Shown: positions 38,851 through 47,878 of the stretch, one piece after another
How the letters are laid out: each line of letters begins with the position of its first letter
Numbering within the stretch: position 1 is the stretch's first letter
Notes under the pieces: generated by a model
What the model was told of the DNA's origin: nothing
Database searches by the model: none
The model's input: only the letters and a program-made list of their open reading frames with translations
Assembly: GCA_965248055.1 (NCBI GenBank)
Contig: CBDFIJ010000004.1
Location: forward strand, 1,312,001-1,376,000
Length of the DNA stretch: 64,000 nt
Origin: Candidatus Multivoradales bacterium
Lineage (GTDB): Bacteria; Acidobacteriota; Thermoanaerobaculia; Multivoradales; JAHEKO01
Direction: 5' to 3'
Translations under genes and position numbers: made by a program

Positions 38851-39552
38851 CTAGCCAACCCCACCGAACAAATCGACCAACTGATCGACATTCAAACCGC
38901 CCAGGCCGTCGACCACCTCTTCGGCTAGATCCAAGTGGTCGCGTTTCACGGTGTGCGCCACGCCGAGTCGCCGCAGACCCGCTACGTGCGCCGCCCATAG
39001 ACCCTGGGGAGTGTCCTCCACCGCCAGCACCTCATGGGGATGAATCATCCGCGAGGGCAAAGGCGGCACGGTGTTGAAAGCAGCCACCGCTCGAGAGTAG
39101 CCCTGGGGGTCGGGCTTACCGGCAGAAACGTCTTCGGCGCTGACAATCACCTTGAATCGACCCGCGAGATCCATCTGGCGCAGCGCCCCATCGACCTCCG
39201 ATCGCAGGGCGCCGGTTACCACACCCAGCATCAATCCCCGATCATCGGCATCTTGGACCAAACGGGCGACGCCGGGAAACTCGGGAAAACCTTGGCGTTC
39301 GACGATCTTCTGATACATCTCTGCTTTGCGCTGCACCAAGTGCTCCACCCGCACCGACGGGTCCTCGTCTCCCGAAGCCCGAAGCGCCACGTCGAAGCAT
39401 TCTCGATCCGGGATCCCCAGCAAACGACGACTGTAAAAAGCCGGGGAGAAGGAGACTTCTTCCTCTTCAAGCAACCGCCGCACCAATTCCAGATGCAGAG
39501 GCTCATCGTCCACCAGGACTCCGTTGAAATCAAAAACTACCGCGCGCAGCAC
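38851..39552 (-). CDS. HAD-family phosphatase
   Basis: FDFNGVLVDDE, GKPDP, VEDT. Confidence 0.88.
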   Translation of the reverse strand: MLRAVVFDFNGVLVDDEPLHLELVRRLLEEEEVSFSPAFYSRRLLGIPDRECFDVALRASGDEDPSVRVEHLVQRKAEMYQKIVERQGFPEFPGVARLVQDADDRGLMLGVVTGALRSEVDGALRQMDLAGRFKVIVSAEDVSAGKPDPQGYSRAVAAFNTVPPLPSRMIHPHEVLAVEDTPQGLWAAHVAGLRRLGVAHTVKRDHLDLAEEVVDGLGGLNVDQLVDLFGGVG

Positions 39553-39722
39553 GGCGTGATCCTACCTTTGACGGAGTCGCAATGGGTCTAGCGATGCCAA
39601 ACTGGGGGTTTGAGCGTTCGCCCGCTTGACCTGGAATCGGGCAAACCGCTAGTTTGGCAGTCGGTCGGGAATGAATACGATCTTTGAATCGTTGCACCCT
39701 ATGAACCGACTGGAGATTTTTC

Positions 39723-40130
39723 ATGCAAACCGAACCAACTTCCTCCACAACGCCCGAGGCTCAGGCATTTCCCGAGCCCGCCGCAACTGCGACTGAGAAT
39801 CCACCCATCGGACTGACCTCAAAAGCCGTCAAGATGGTCGGCTTGACCCGCGACGAAGAGAAACTGACGCCTGATTCGGGTCTGCGCATTGCGGTGCGCG
39901 GCGGTGGCTGCAGCGGATTTGAATACGCACTCGACTTCGACACCGAACCGCGAGCCACCGACACGGTGATCGAATACGAAGGTCTGCGGGTATTTATTGA
40001 TCCCATCAGCGGTCGCTATCTCCAGGGCACCGTCATCGACTACGTGATGGGCGCCACCGGAACTGGCTTCAAGTTCCACAACCCGAATGCCATGGGAACC
40101 TGTGGTTGTGGGTCTTCGTTCACGGTTTAG
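39723..40130 (+). CDS. A-type Fe-S carrier (HesB/IscA/ErpA family)
   Basis: GGGCSGFEY, NPNA..TCGCGSSF. Confidence 0.93.
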   Translation: MQTEPTSSTTPEAQAFPEPAATATENPPIGLTSKAVKMVGLTRDEEKLTPDSGLRIAVRGGGCSGFEYALDFDTEPRATDTVIEYEGLRVFIDPISGRYLQGTVIDYVMGATGTGFKFHNPNAMGTCGCGSSFTV

Positions 40131-40178
40131 AACCTGACTGGAGAAATTCGGCTGTAGCGAGGCCTCGTAGCATGTTTC

Positions 40179-40715
40179 ATGCGCCTACTCCTCATGTTTT
40201 CCAGTTTGTTCTTGGCAGCCGCTGGTCCCTCTGTGGCGCAGCCAGCACCCCACGCAGAACAAGAGCCGCGTCCGATCAAGGCACTCTCTGCCGAACAAGT
40301 CGAGCAGTACCTGAGCGGAGTGGAAATGGGTTTTGCCAGTGCAATGGAACTCAACCACTACCCCGGCTCCAAACATGTGCTCGAACTAGTGGACGGACTT
40401 CAGTTGTCAACCGATCAAATCGAACAAACCCGAGCGACCTTTTCGCAAATGAAGCATCAGGCGGTAGCACTTGGGAGCCTGATCGTGGAGCGAGAAAGAC
40501 AATTCGACGCACTCTTTAGCTTGGGCCAAATTGACGAGGGCCAGATCAATCAATTGAGCGAAGAGGTCGCGCTCTGCAGGGCTGCCTGCGGGCCACCCAC
40601 CTACGCGCTCACATCCAGAGGAAAAAAATTCTGAGCGCTCACCAAGCGATGCTATATGACCGGATGCGTAGCTACTCCAACGCCAGAGTAGCGAACACCA
40701 CCACGAGCACCGAGT
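40179..40715 (+). pseudogene. Spy/CpxP-like periplasmic (heavy-metal-associated) protein, frameshifted
   Basis: Signal peptide, G.GFA...ELN.YPG.KHVLEL; the family-like continuation LQG.LRATHLRAH..IL..Q..YDRMR lies in another frame after ~40573, and an HHHEH tail in a further frame. Confidence 0.65.
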
Positions 40716-40764
40716 ACTCGCCCCACGCGACGTCAAAGGCGGTCGTTTCTGCGCGCCTAGCCCT

Positions 40765-41403
40765 TTAGCCCTTGGACATGAACTGGCGGTAAAGACCCCC
40801 AGCGACCACCGCTCCGGCCACCGGACCGACAAAGTACAGCCACAGTAAGTTGAAGTTACCGGTCGCCATGGCCGGACCCAGCGAGCGCGCGGGGTTGAGG
40901 CTGGCACCGGTCAACGGTCCGCCCATCAAAATGCAAAAAACCAAGGTCAAACCAATTGCCACCCCAGCCAGATTTCCCGCTCTGCCACTGACCGCGGCAT
41001 GCAACACCGTGTTGACCAGAAAGAAAGTCAGGATCGCTTCCAGCACCACCGCCGCAGCTACCGTGGTGCTATCACTCGGCTGCGTCAGGCCCAGGCCTGA
41101 ATCCGCGCCTCCCAGCACCCAACGCAGAGTGAACGCACCTACTGCCCCACCCAACAACTGAAACACCATGTAGCTGACCGCGCGACCGGTGTCGATCTTG
41201 CCGGCAGCCCAGACTCCGGCAGTGACCGCAGGGTTGATGTGGGATCCCGAAATATCGCCGTGGGCATAGGCGAAAGCCAAGACCACCAAGCCATGGGCCA
41301 AAGCCACGCCAACCAAGCCTCCGGCACCAATCGCTGCGGCGCCAGCGCCGATAAAGATCAGTGCAAAGGTTCCAATGAATTCCGCTGTCAATTCTTTGGT
41401 CAT
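40765..41403 (-). CDS. Aquaporin (MIP family)
   Basis: AEFIGTF, ISGSHINPA, GASLNPARS. Confidence 0.93.
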   Translation of the reverse strand: MTKELTAEFIGTFALIFIGAGAAAIGAGGLVGVALAHGLVVLAFAYAHGDISGSHINPAVTAGVWAAGKIDTGRAVSYMVFQLLGGAVGAFTLRWVLGGADSGLGLTQPSDSTTVAAAVVLEAILTFFLVNTVLHAAVSGRAGNLAGVAIGLTLVFCILMGGPLTGASLNPARSLGPAMATGNFNLLWLYFVGPVAGAVVAGGLYRQFMSKG

Positions 41404-41437
41404 TTTCTTCCCCTATACAAAAATAAAATCAAACCGC

Positions 41438-42568
41438 TCACTCTTGTGTCTTCTCCGGGTTCGCTATCTCAACGCTCTCGATCAACCCCGGAAGGCCATG
41501 TCGATCAGCTGCAAGCAAACCTAACACTCGCAAACTGGACCGCCCGACCTGAAACTCACTCTCGGTGGCGAAAGCAGAGCGTCGGATCATCGCGATTCCG
41601 GGCCGTTCTGCCCCATCATCTGGCATCCAACTGATGCTGGTCGCCATGCCAACCTGCTGACCGTCATGGTTGACCGCCACCGGGGTCTCCATCGCCCCCT
41701 CCACCATCACAGCGCACAGTCGCCGTTGCTCTTGACCTCGATAATGCAGCCGAGCGACCACTTCTTGACCTAGATAACACCCTTTCTCGTAGTCCACGGT
41801 GGCGTTGAGCCCGGCTTCTTGGGGCAAAGTCTGAGCGTCGAAGTCGATTGCCCAGCGCGCAGCACCAGCGGCAATCCTGGCCGACTCCAACGCCTGTCTC
41901 CCAACCCACAAGATCTGCGTCTCTTGCACCAATTCTTGAATAAACAGATCGGCAATCGACGCCGACACCGACAGGCACACCCCGGGAATTCCGGCAAGAG
42001 CACTATTTTCAACTTGAATCTCGGTGCCGCGCACTTCGGTTCTGTGATGCTGCCAACGTGGCGGCACTTCTACCCCCAAGCGACCCAGAATATCCTCCCT
42101 CTGCGGACCCAAAACCCAAACCGGAATCAGATCTCCCATCGGCAGGAACTCGGCGTCTTCGGTAATCACGTACTTACCCAAATGATCGCGCAGAGCTCTG
42201 CCCTGACCCGGAGGCACGCGCAACCAAAGACGGTCGGCGTGGGCGCAAAAAGTGATATCCGCAAGAACTTGCCCCTTGGGTCCGGTGGCCAACCCGTAGG
42301 CGACCTGCCCCTCTTCAAGTTCCCGCGTGTTGACGGTGCAGAATCCATGTACCAACCCGGGACCGTCGGCACCCAAGACCTCAATGCGACCCCAGGCTGA
42401 CCCGTCATAGATCGCCGCGCTGTGGGTCAGTGGCGCCAACTCTGTCGCGATATTGCCGTAGTGATCCGGAACCTGAAATCCACCCTCGGTCAGCCAGTCT
42501 TGGCATCCGGATTCTCGATGGACCGCGGCAAGCGGCAAGTTGGCAGCACTGGTAGACGCACTGGTCAT
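41438..42568 (-). CDS. YgfZ/GcvT-family folate-binding protein
   Basis: KGCYLGQEVVAR motif. Confidence 0.88.
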   Translation of the reverse strand: MTSASTSAANLPLAAVHRESGCQDWLTEGGFQVPDHYGNIATELAPLTHSAAIYDGSAWGRIEVLGADGPGLVHGFCTVNTRELEEGQVAYGLATGPKGQVLADITFCAHADRLWLRVPPGQGRALRDHLGKYVITEDAEFLPMGDLIPVWVLGPQREDILGRLGVEVPPRWQHHRTEVRGTEIQVENSALAGIPGVCLSVSASIADLFIQELVQETQILWVGRQALESARIAAGAARWAIDFDAQTLPQEAGLNATVDYEKGCYLGQEVVARLHYRGQEQRRLCAVMVEGAMETPVAVNHDGQQVGMATSISWMPDDGAERPGIAMIRRSAFATESEFQVGRSSLRVLGLLAADRHGLPGLIESVEIANPEKTQE

Positions 42569-42668
42569 CGGCCCGGACTCTAGCCCAAGCTGTCCGCAAC
42601 ACCCAAATCAGCACTCCTCAAATACAACTTTCACACTTGGTGCACCGATAGCCCGGTAGAATCCCCCT

Positions 42669-43505
42669 GTGCGCGATACAGAGCAATCGCCGTTTTCCGT
42701 GACCACACGGCGAGGTCAGATTCTCCGTGGTGTAACGGACTTGCCGGTCGGCGATGAAGCTCATCCAGTCGTCGTCATCAACCACGGCTTCAAGGGTTTT
42801 CTGGAATGGGGGTTTTTCCCCCATTTGGCAGAGCTATTGGCGTCACGCGGTTTTGCCGTCATCCGCTGGAATACCTCCGGCTCCGGCATGGCCCCGGGCG
42901 ACGAGTTAGTCACCGACCCGGAAGCGTTCGCCCAAGCCACATTCAGCAAAGACGTTGACGAAATTCTGACCATCGTCGATGCGGTGCCGGAGATCTTGGG
43001 TGATCGAGCGATCGCCGACCGAATCGGCCTTTTCGGACATAGTCGCGGTGGTGGAGCCTCGGTGATCGCTGCCGCGGAGGCGACGCCAACGCCGCTGGCT
43101 CTGGTCACCTGGGCAGCCATCGCTTCGTTTGACCGCATTAGCGGCGAAGATAAAGCGCATTGGCGTGAGCGAGGATGGATCCCGGTGGTCAATGGGCGCA
43201 CCGGCCAAGAGACGCGAATCGATGTCTCAGTCTTGGAGGACCTGGAAACCAACCGAGAGCGTCTGGATATTGTCGCTGCCGCGAGACGGTTAGCCGCTCC
43301 CTGGTTGATCGTGCACGGATCCGGCGACATGACGGTCTCGATCGAAGATGGCTGGGCTCTGGAACAAGCCGGACGCAAAGCCGAGAGACTGGAGATCGAA
43401 CACGCGGGGCACACGTTCGAAGCGCGGCATCCTTTCAGCGGACCGACCCCAGCCTTGATCGAAGCGATCAACGCTACCCAGGCTTGGTTCTTGCGCTATT
43501 TGTAG
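42669..43505 (+). CDS. Alpha/beta hydrolase
   Basis: HGFKGF..WG, GHSRGG, HG..D, AGHTF. Confidence 0.88.
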   Translation: MRDTEQSPFSVTTRRGQILRGVTDLPVGDEAHPVVVINHGFKGFLEWGFFPHLAELLASRGFAVIRWNTSGSGMAPGDELVTDPEAFAQATFSKDVDEILTIVDAVPEILGDRAIADRIGLFGHSRGGGASVIAAAEATPTPLALVTWAAIASFDRISGEDKAHWRERGWIPVVNGRTGQETRIDVSVLEDLETNRERLDIVAAARRLAAPWLIVHGSGDMTVSIEDGWALEQAGRKAERLEIEHAGHTFEARHPFSGPTPALIEAINATQAWFLRYL

Positions 43506-43689
43506 GTCAAGCCCCAACAACGGTTCAGACGACTCGGTGGCAGCCTACTTGGGTGTCGTAGAATTACCCTAGCGTGCGTTGAACAGTTCCCCACGGTCTC
43601 ATCGAGCCAGCATGGAATAGCAGCGGGGAAAGTCTTCGTGGAGTTGTTCGGTCCGCGATCAGTCAACGGCATTATCTTGGAGCATTTCC

Positions 43690-44712
43690 ATGGATCCACA
43701 TTTTCACGGCGTTATCTTCCAACAGTCGGTCCAAGAGATTAGGCGTCGCTTGGGCCGAGAGTTTCCACCCTTGGCGATTCTCGACGTGCGTCGTCTGGCA
43801 ACCTTTATTGACCAGCACATCCCTGGATCCGTGCCGACTCCGCGCCACCTGCCGGACGAGGGCGAAGTCTTGGTGGTCGGTCGAGATGGTGCCGATGAGC
43901 GCGTGCGGGCAGCGAGCCTGGAACTACTGGCCGGTGGACGCCGGGTCACCGAATTGGCTGGCGGCTTCAAAGCTTGGATGGCGTCGCACTATCCGGTCAA
44001 GAGTGGAGCGTTTCGCGCAACCCCGCCTTCGGTATCGGAAAGCTCTGTGCAACAACCGAACGCCTCTCGCTTCTTGTTTTGGGATGTCGACACCCAAGTC
44101 GATTTCATCGACCCAGAGGGCAAGCTCTACGTAGCGGAGGCAGAGACTCTGGTCGCCAACCTAGCGACCTTGAGCGAACTGGCTGATCGACATGGAATCG
44201 CCGTCGTCGCCTCCGCCGATGACCACCAAGACTCCGACGCTGAGATCTCTTCCGACCCCAACTTCTCCACTACCTACCCACCCCACTGCATGCGCGGCAC
44301 CAGCGGCGCCCAACGGATCATGGCAACCCAGCGTCCGTGGACCACGGAACTGGGGCACGATCTGGTTTCAGCTGAACAATTGGCGAGTGCTGCAACCCAT
44401 CTTCAACCCCAGATCTTGCTGCACAAGAAACACTTCGATGTCTTCACCAACCCCAACACCGAGCCACTTCTCAAACAGCTCAACCCCTCAACCATTGTGG
44501 TCTATGGTGTGGCGTTGGACGTCTGCAATCGCGCCGCAGTCGAGGGGTTGCTGAAGCGTGGTTACAACGACCTGGTGGTGGTTACCGATGCCACCAAGCC
44601 AATCCGGGCAGAAGTTGCCAACGACTTGTTGTCCGACTGGCAACGACGCGGGGTTCGTTTGGCGACCACCGCCGAAGTGACGGCGATGTGGTCCGGCGAC
44701 GAAGAAGAGTAA
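43690..44712 (+). CDS. Rhodanese-like domain fused to a nicotinamidase/isochorismatase-family cysteine hydrolase
   Basis: ILDVR..F...HIPG, L.GGF.AW; then WDVDTQ.DF, D.H, PPHC..GT.G, K, GVALDVC. Confidence 0.8.
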   Translation: MDPHFHGVIFQQSVQEIRRRLGREFPPLAILDVRRLATFIDQHIPGSVPTPRHLPDEGEVLVVGRDGADERVRAASLELLAGGRRVTELAGGFKAWMASHYPVKSGAFRATPPSVSESSVQQPNASRFLFWDVDTQVDFIDPEGKLYVAEAETLVANLATLSELADRHGIAVVASADDHQDSDAEISSDPNFSTTYPPHCMRGTSGAQRIMATQRPWTTELGHDLVSAEQLASAATHLQPQILLHKKHFDVFTNPNTEPLLKQLNPSTIVVYGVALDVCNRAAVEGLLKRGYNDLVVVTDATKPIRAEVANDLLSDWQRRGVRLATTAEVTAMWSGDEEE

Positions 44713-44736
44713 GAACGGCTGAGGCTGACACAGCCT

Positions 44737-45132
44737 CTATTTTTTTCTATCCAGTACGCGCTCAAAGCACTGCCGACCAATGCCATGCGCCCATTCGCTG
44801 TCGTTGCTCTCTTCGGTGGCAAAAGTAGCACATATCTCGAATTGATCGCTGCCCAGTGGGCGATACTCGAACCTCTCACCGGTCGCCGGGTCGACCCGCA
44901 GCTGCCTCCATAAGTTGTCGCCGCGTAGCGCGTCGAGAGTCGGCGCCAAGCTACCCTCTCGCTGAGCATAGGTGGTGGCAACGCGTGCGATCGACTGGAG
45001 ATCGCGCACGCGCTCCTGGTCTTGATCTCTCAGCCGTGCGTTCTGTGGTGAGCCGTGTTGCCAAAGCGCAACAACCACCACCAAACCGACCAACCCGATC
45101 AGCGCAGCGAGCAAGATCGATTGCTTGCTCAT
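44737..45132 (-). CDS. Pilin-like membrane-anchored protein (DUF5671-associated C-terminal domain)
   Basis: TM, GSP..R...D..RV.DL..I, DPATG..FEY, FEICATF, W.H..G..CF. Confidence 0.65.
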   Translation of the reverse strand: MSKQSILLAALIGLVGLVVVVALWQHGSPQNARLRDQDQERVRDLQSIARVATTYAQREGSLAPTLDALRGDNLWRQLRVDPATGERFEYRPLGSDQFEICATFATEESNDSEWAHGIGRQCFERVLDRKK

Positions 45133-45752
45133 GGCTCTTGCTCCACCTGGCGCATCTCACGCAGGTAGTAGAGAAACGCTCCTCCCGCCAGCACCGCAAC
45201 GGTCAGCGCTTTGAGCATGAATCGAATCGACACTTCGCCGCCCAGAAGCTTGTAAATCAGTGTCGCAACATCGCCGGTGACAAAAGCCGCAGCGATCGCC
45301 AAGGCCAAGTAGGTGAACCACTTGCGCGTCGCAGACCCCGCCAAAGCCGGGTTGTGGCGAAAGCGTCGTCCCAGAATCCGATGAACGGTGAGGAAGATCG
45401 GTAGATTGACCAGAACAATCGCGATCGGCCAGCGCAGACGCTCGGCGTGCAAGGTCTGTGACTCGGGAAACCAGCCATCGATCAAGTGCAGCATCAGATA
45501 TCCGGTATGAAACAGCACCAAACCGAGCGACAGGTAGAGCAGCAAGTAGAGGAAAGCTTCAAACGGCGAGTGCGAGCGTCGGCTGGAAGGTACCGGGATC
45601 GGAAAAACCACCTCGGACCAATCGGCTAAAGCGTCCTTGATATCGGCCTCCGCCCAGCCTGCTTGAGCTAGGGTCTCCTGGACTTCCTCCCGGGAGCGGC
45701 CTTTGTCCAGGGCTTGGTAGACGAAACGCTCTAGAGCTTCTTTGTCTTTCAT
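45129..45752 (-). CDS. DUF5671-like membrane protein
   Basis: FV..AL..G.SRE.....L..AGW, P.PVP, FLYL, RKW.TYL.L, LLGGE...RF.LK. Confidence 0.7.
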   Translation of the reverse strand: MKDKEALERFVYQALDKGRSREEVQETLAQAGWAEADIKDALADWSEVVFPIPVPSSRRSHSPFEAFLYLLLYLSLGLVLFHTGYLMLHLIDGWFPESQTLHAERLRWPIAIVLVNLPIFLTVHRILGRRFRHNPALAGSATRKWFTYLALAIAAAFVTGDVATLIYKLLGGEVSIRFMLKALTVAVLAGGAFLYYLREMRQVEQEP

Positions 45753-47581
45753 GGTTGGCTACCTCCATCCACAGCCTGGTAGGTCACCGAGCGAAATCGA
45801 TGGGTCAAGGCATCCCTAATCTTGCTGGCAATGACCCCGTGCAGTGCTTCTTCCCAGGCTGTGTACCGGTCGTCGAATTCCCTCGCCTGGTCCAGGTCGC
45901 CGGCACTCTGAATCGCCAACACTCGCCGCAAGAATGTTTCGACGACTAACGGATATTGCTGATAGTTAATCGTCAAAGTCCCGGTCTCAGCATCAAACGA
46001 CAATGCTCCGTTCTCCAGAAAGTAGTTCCACTGCATCAACTGCATCGTTTGATATGCCTGCTCGCGCCGCGGCTGGTTGCTCTGAAGCACACGCAAGATT
46101 CCGCTCGCGTAAATACCGCGCAGAGCATCCTGGTCGTGGCGTTCCTCTGATCCCAGGATTCCCGCTGCGAACAACGACACCAGATCAGACTTCATCTCCT
46201 CATAGAGATCTGCAGCATCTTGTAACGCTACGTCGAGATCTCGACCGTCGGCGGTGCGATCAACCCCCAAGTAGTGACCCACCTCGTGCCACAGGGTGCG
46301 CTGAAAGTTCGAATCCAACAATAGATGGTCGTGGAACTCGGGCGCTACCGCTGCTTGGTAGCGATCTTGGGCCAAGCCGAACAATTCAGGGTGGGTCATG
46401 ATGTTGGAGCGCAGCAAGATGGTGCGCCCGTACTTGCGGGTATGGCCAGCGTCGTTGGGCAGGATAGTGGCGGTATTGGTGCCGCGCGCCTGCCCAAAGT
46501 CGGCAATCACCTGGTAAACCCCGACTGGAATGTCGTCACGAACTTTCTTTTGACGGTCGTAAGGCAATCGGTCTTCAATCTCTTGCAAACTGCCCAGAGT
46601 CTTGGCGACCTCGGCGCTGCGTTCCGCGTCCCGCTTCAGCAAGCTCATACTGTGAAACGCTTTGACGCCAAACAGAGCGTCGTCGTAGGTCTCGTAGCTG
46701 CCAATTTGAGCGTTCAGGTTGCCGCTGAACCGACCGGTCACCCAAGAAGCGTCACCCGCTTCGTAGTTGTTGGTCAGCAAATCCAGAGCTCGATGCCGCA
46801 GGTAGGCGGCGAACTCAGCGTCGTCTCCCTGCAGTTTGGCTGCGGCGGACCTCAGCAACTCTGAGGCTTCCAGCAACTCCTCCGCATAAGCCACGGCGTA
46901 AGGCACCGCGTAGAACCCGCCATCCGGCTCTCGTTGCGACAACGATTGTTCGAACTCCGCGTGGAGAAACCCCAATATCGGAATGTGCCCCAGAGTGGCG
47001 AGATCTTCTCGTTGTTGTTCCAGTGAGTTGCGACGCACCACCGATCGTACTGCCATCAACTCCGCCGCCAGAGACGGGTCGGCGGCGATCGCCGCATCTA
47101 TTTCTTCTCGGGTGACCCCGGACGGGTAGACGTTCTTCCCCAGCTGTTCGTCCGGAACTGCTATGAACTGCTGGCGCCGGTTATCCAAGGTCGTCGCCAC
47201 GGGCCCTTTGGCCATTCGGTAGAGCTTGGCAACGTTGGTCGCATATTGCTCTCCGTACAGCTCTCCGTATTGGAATCGCCATTGCGAACCCTCGGCCAAA
47301 CCCGCTGCGATCACTGCGCGCGCGGTCTCAGCGTGAGCATGTTTCTGATCCTCATACAGTTTCTGCATGATGCCCCCGGCACCCAGAAGATCGTCCAACG
47401 CCGCCCTTTCGCCGGTGGTCAGAGTCGAAAGGTCCGGAGCCAAATGGACGTCCAGGGTCTTGTCCAAGATCGCCTGGATATCCTCTGGCGTCATCACCTG
47501 CGGTTGCTCAGAGGCGATCGCAAAACCTGCAAGCCCTAACAAGAAAACTGTGATCCAAAGCTGGGGGTGAATTCGTCGCAT
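45749..47581 (-). CDS. Exported dipeptidyl-peptidase III / M49-like metallopeptidase
   Basis: Signal peptide, IGSYETYDD..FG.KA, A.ILPND, HEVGH, EEMKSD. Confidence 0.85.
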   Translation of the reverse strand: MRRIHPQLWITVFLLGLAGFAIASEQPQVMTPEDIQAILDKTLDVHLAPDLSTLTTGERAALDDLLGAGGIMQKLYEDQKHAHAETARAVIAAGLAEGSQWRFQYGELYGEQYATNVAKLYRMAKGPVATTLDNRRQQFIAVPDEQLGKNVYPSGVTREEIDAAIAADPSLAAELMAVRSVVRRNSLEQQREDLATLGHIPILGFLHAEFEQSLSQREPDGGFYAVPYAVAYAEELLEASELLRSAAAKLQGDDAEFAAYLRHRALDLLTNNYEAGDASWVTGRFSGNLNAQIGSYETYDDALFGVKAFHSMSLLKRDAERSAEVAKTLGSLQEIEDRLPYDRQKKVRDDIPVGVYQVIADFGQARGTNTATILPNDAGHTRKYGRTILLRSNIMTHPELFGLAQDRYQAAVAPEFHDHLLLDSNFQRTLWHEVGHYLGVDRTADGRDLDVALQDAADLYEEMKSDLVSLFAAGILGSEERHDQDALRGIYASGILRVLQSNQPRREQAYQTMQLMQWNYFLENGALSFDAETGTLTINYQQYPLVVETFLRRVLAIQSAGDLDQAREFDDRYTAWEEALHGVIASKIRDALTHRFRSVTYQAVDGGSQP

Positions 47582-47878
47582 TAGCTCCTCCAAATACCTA
47601 TCCTAGCGAACTGGTCTATCCCGAGACAGACTCCACCGGGTCGCGGTGGCTTGGTGATCCAACCAAAGCGCGGCGACGGAATCTTGTCTGTCACCCACGA
47701 CATTATCCTTGGTGAAAACATCCCCGGCTACCCGAGATGCGCATTACAGACTGGCTGACTCTCGGTCCACCTGTGCAGATGCTAGTCACTCCAGATGGTG
47801 GAGCTCATTCGTCCTATCCAGGCGGATTTCGATTCCTTCCTAGCTGCCGAGAGCGTTGGTCGCCGCTACAATCCGACC

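Noticed and set aside
42761-43471. Long antisense ORFs (this one, 19927-20634, 56140-56892, 61195-61917 and similar)
   Set aside because: Shadow frames of well-supported GC-rich genes, with no recognisable motifs.
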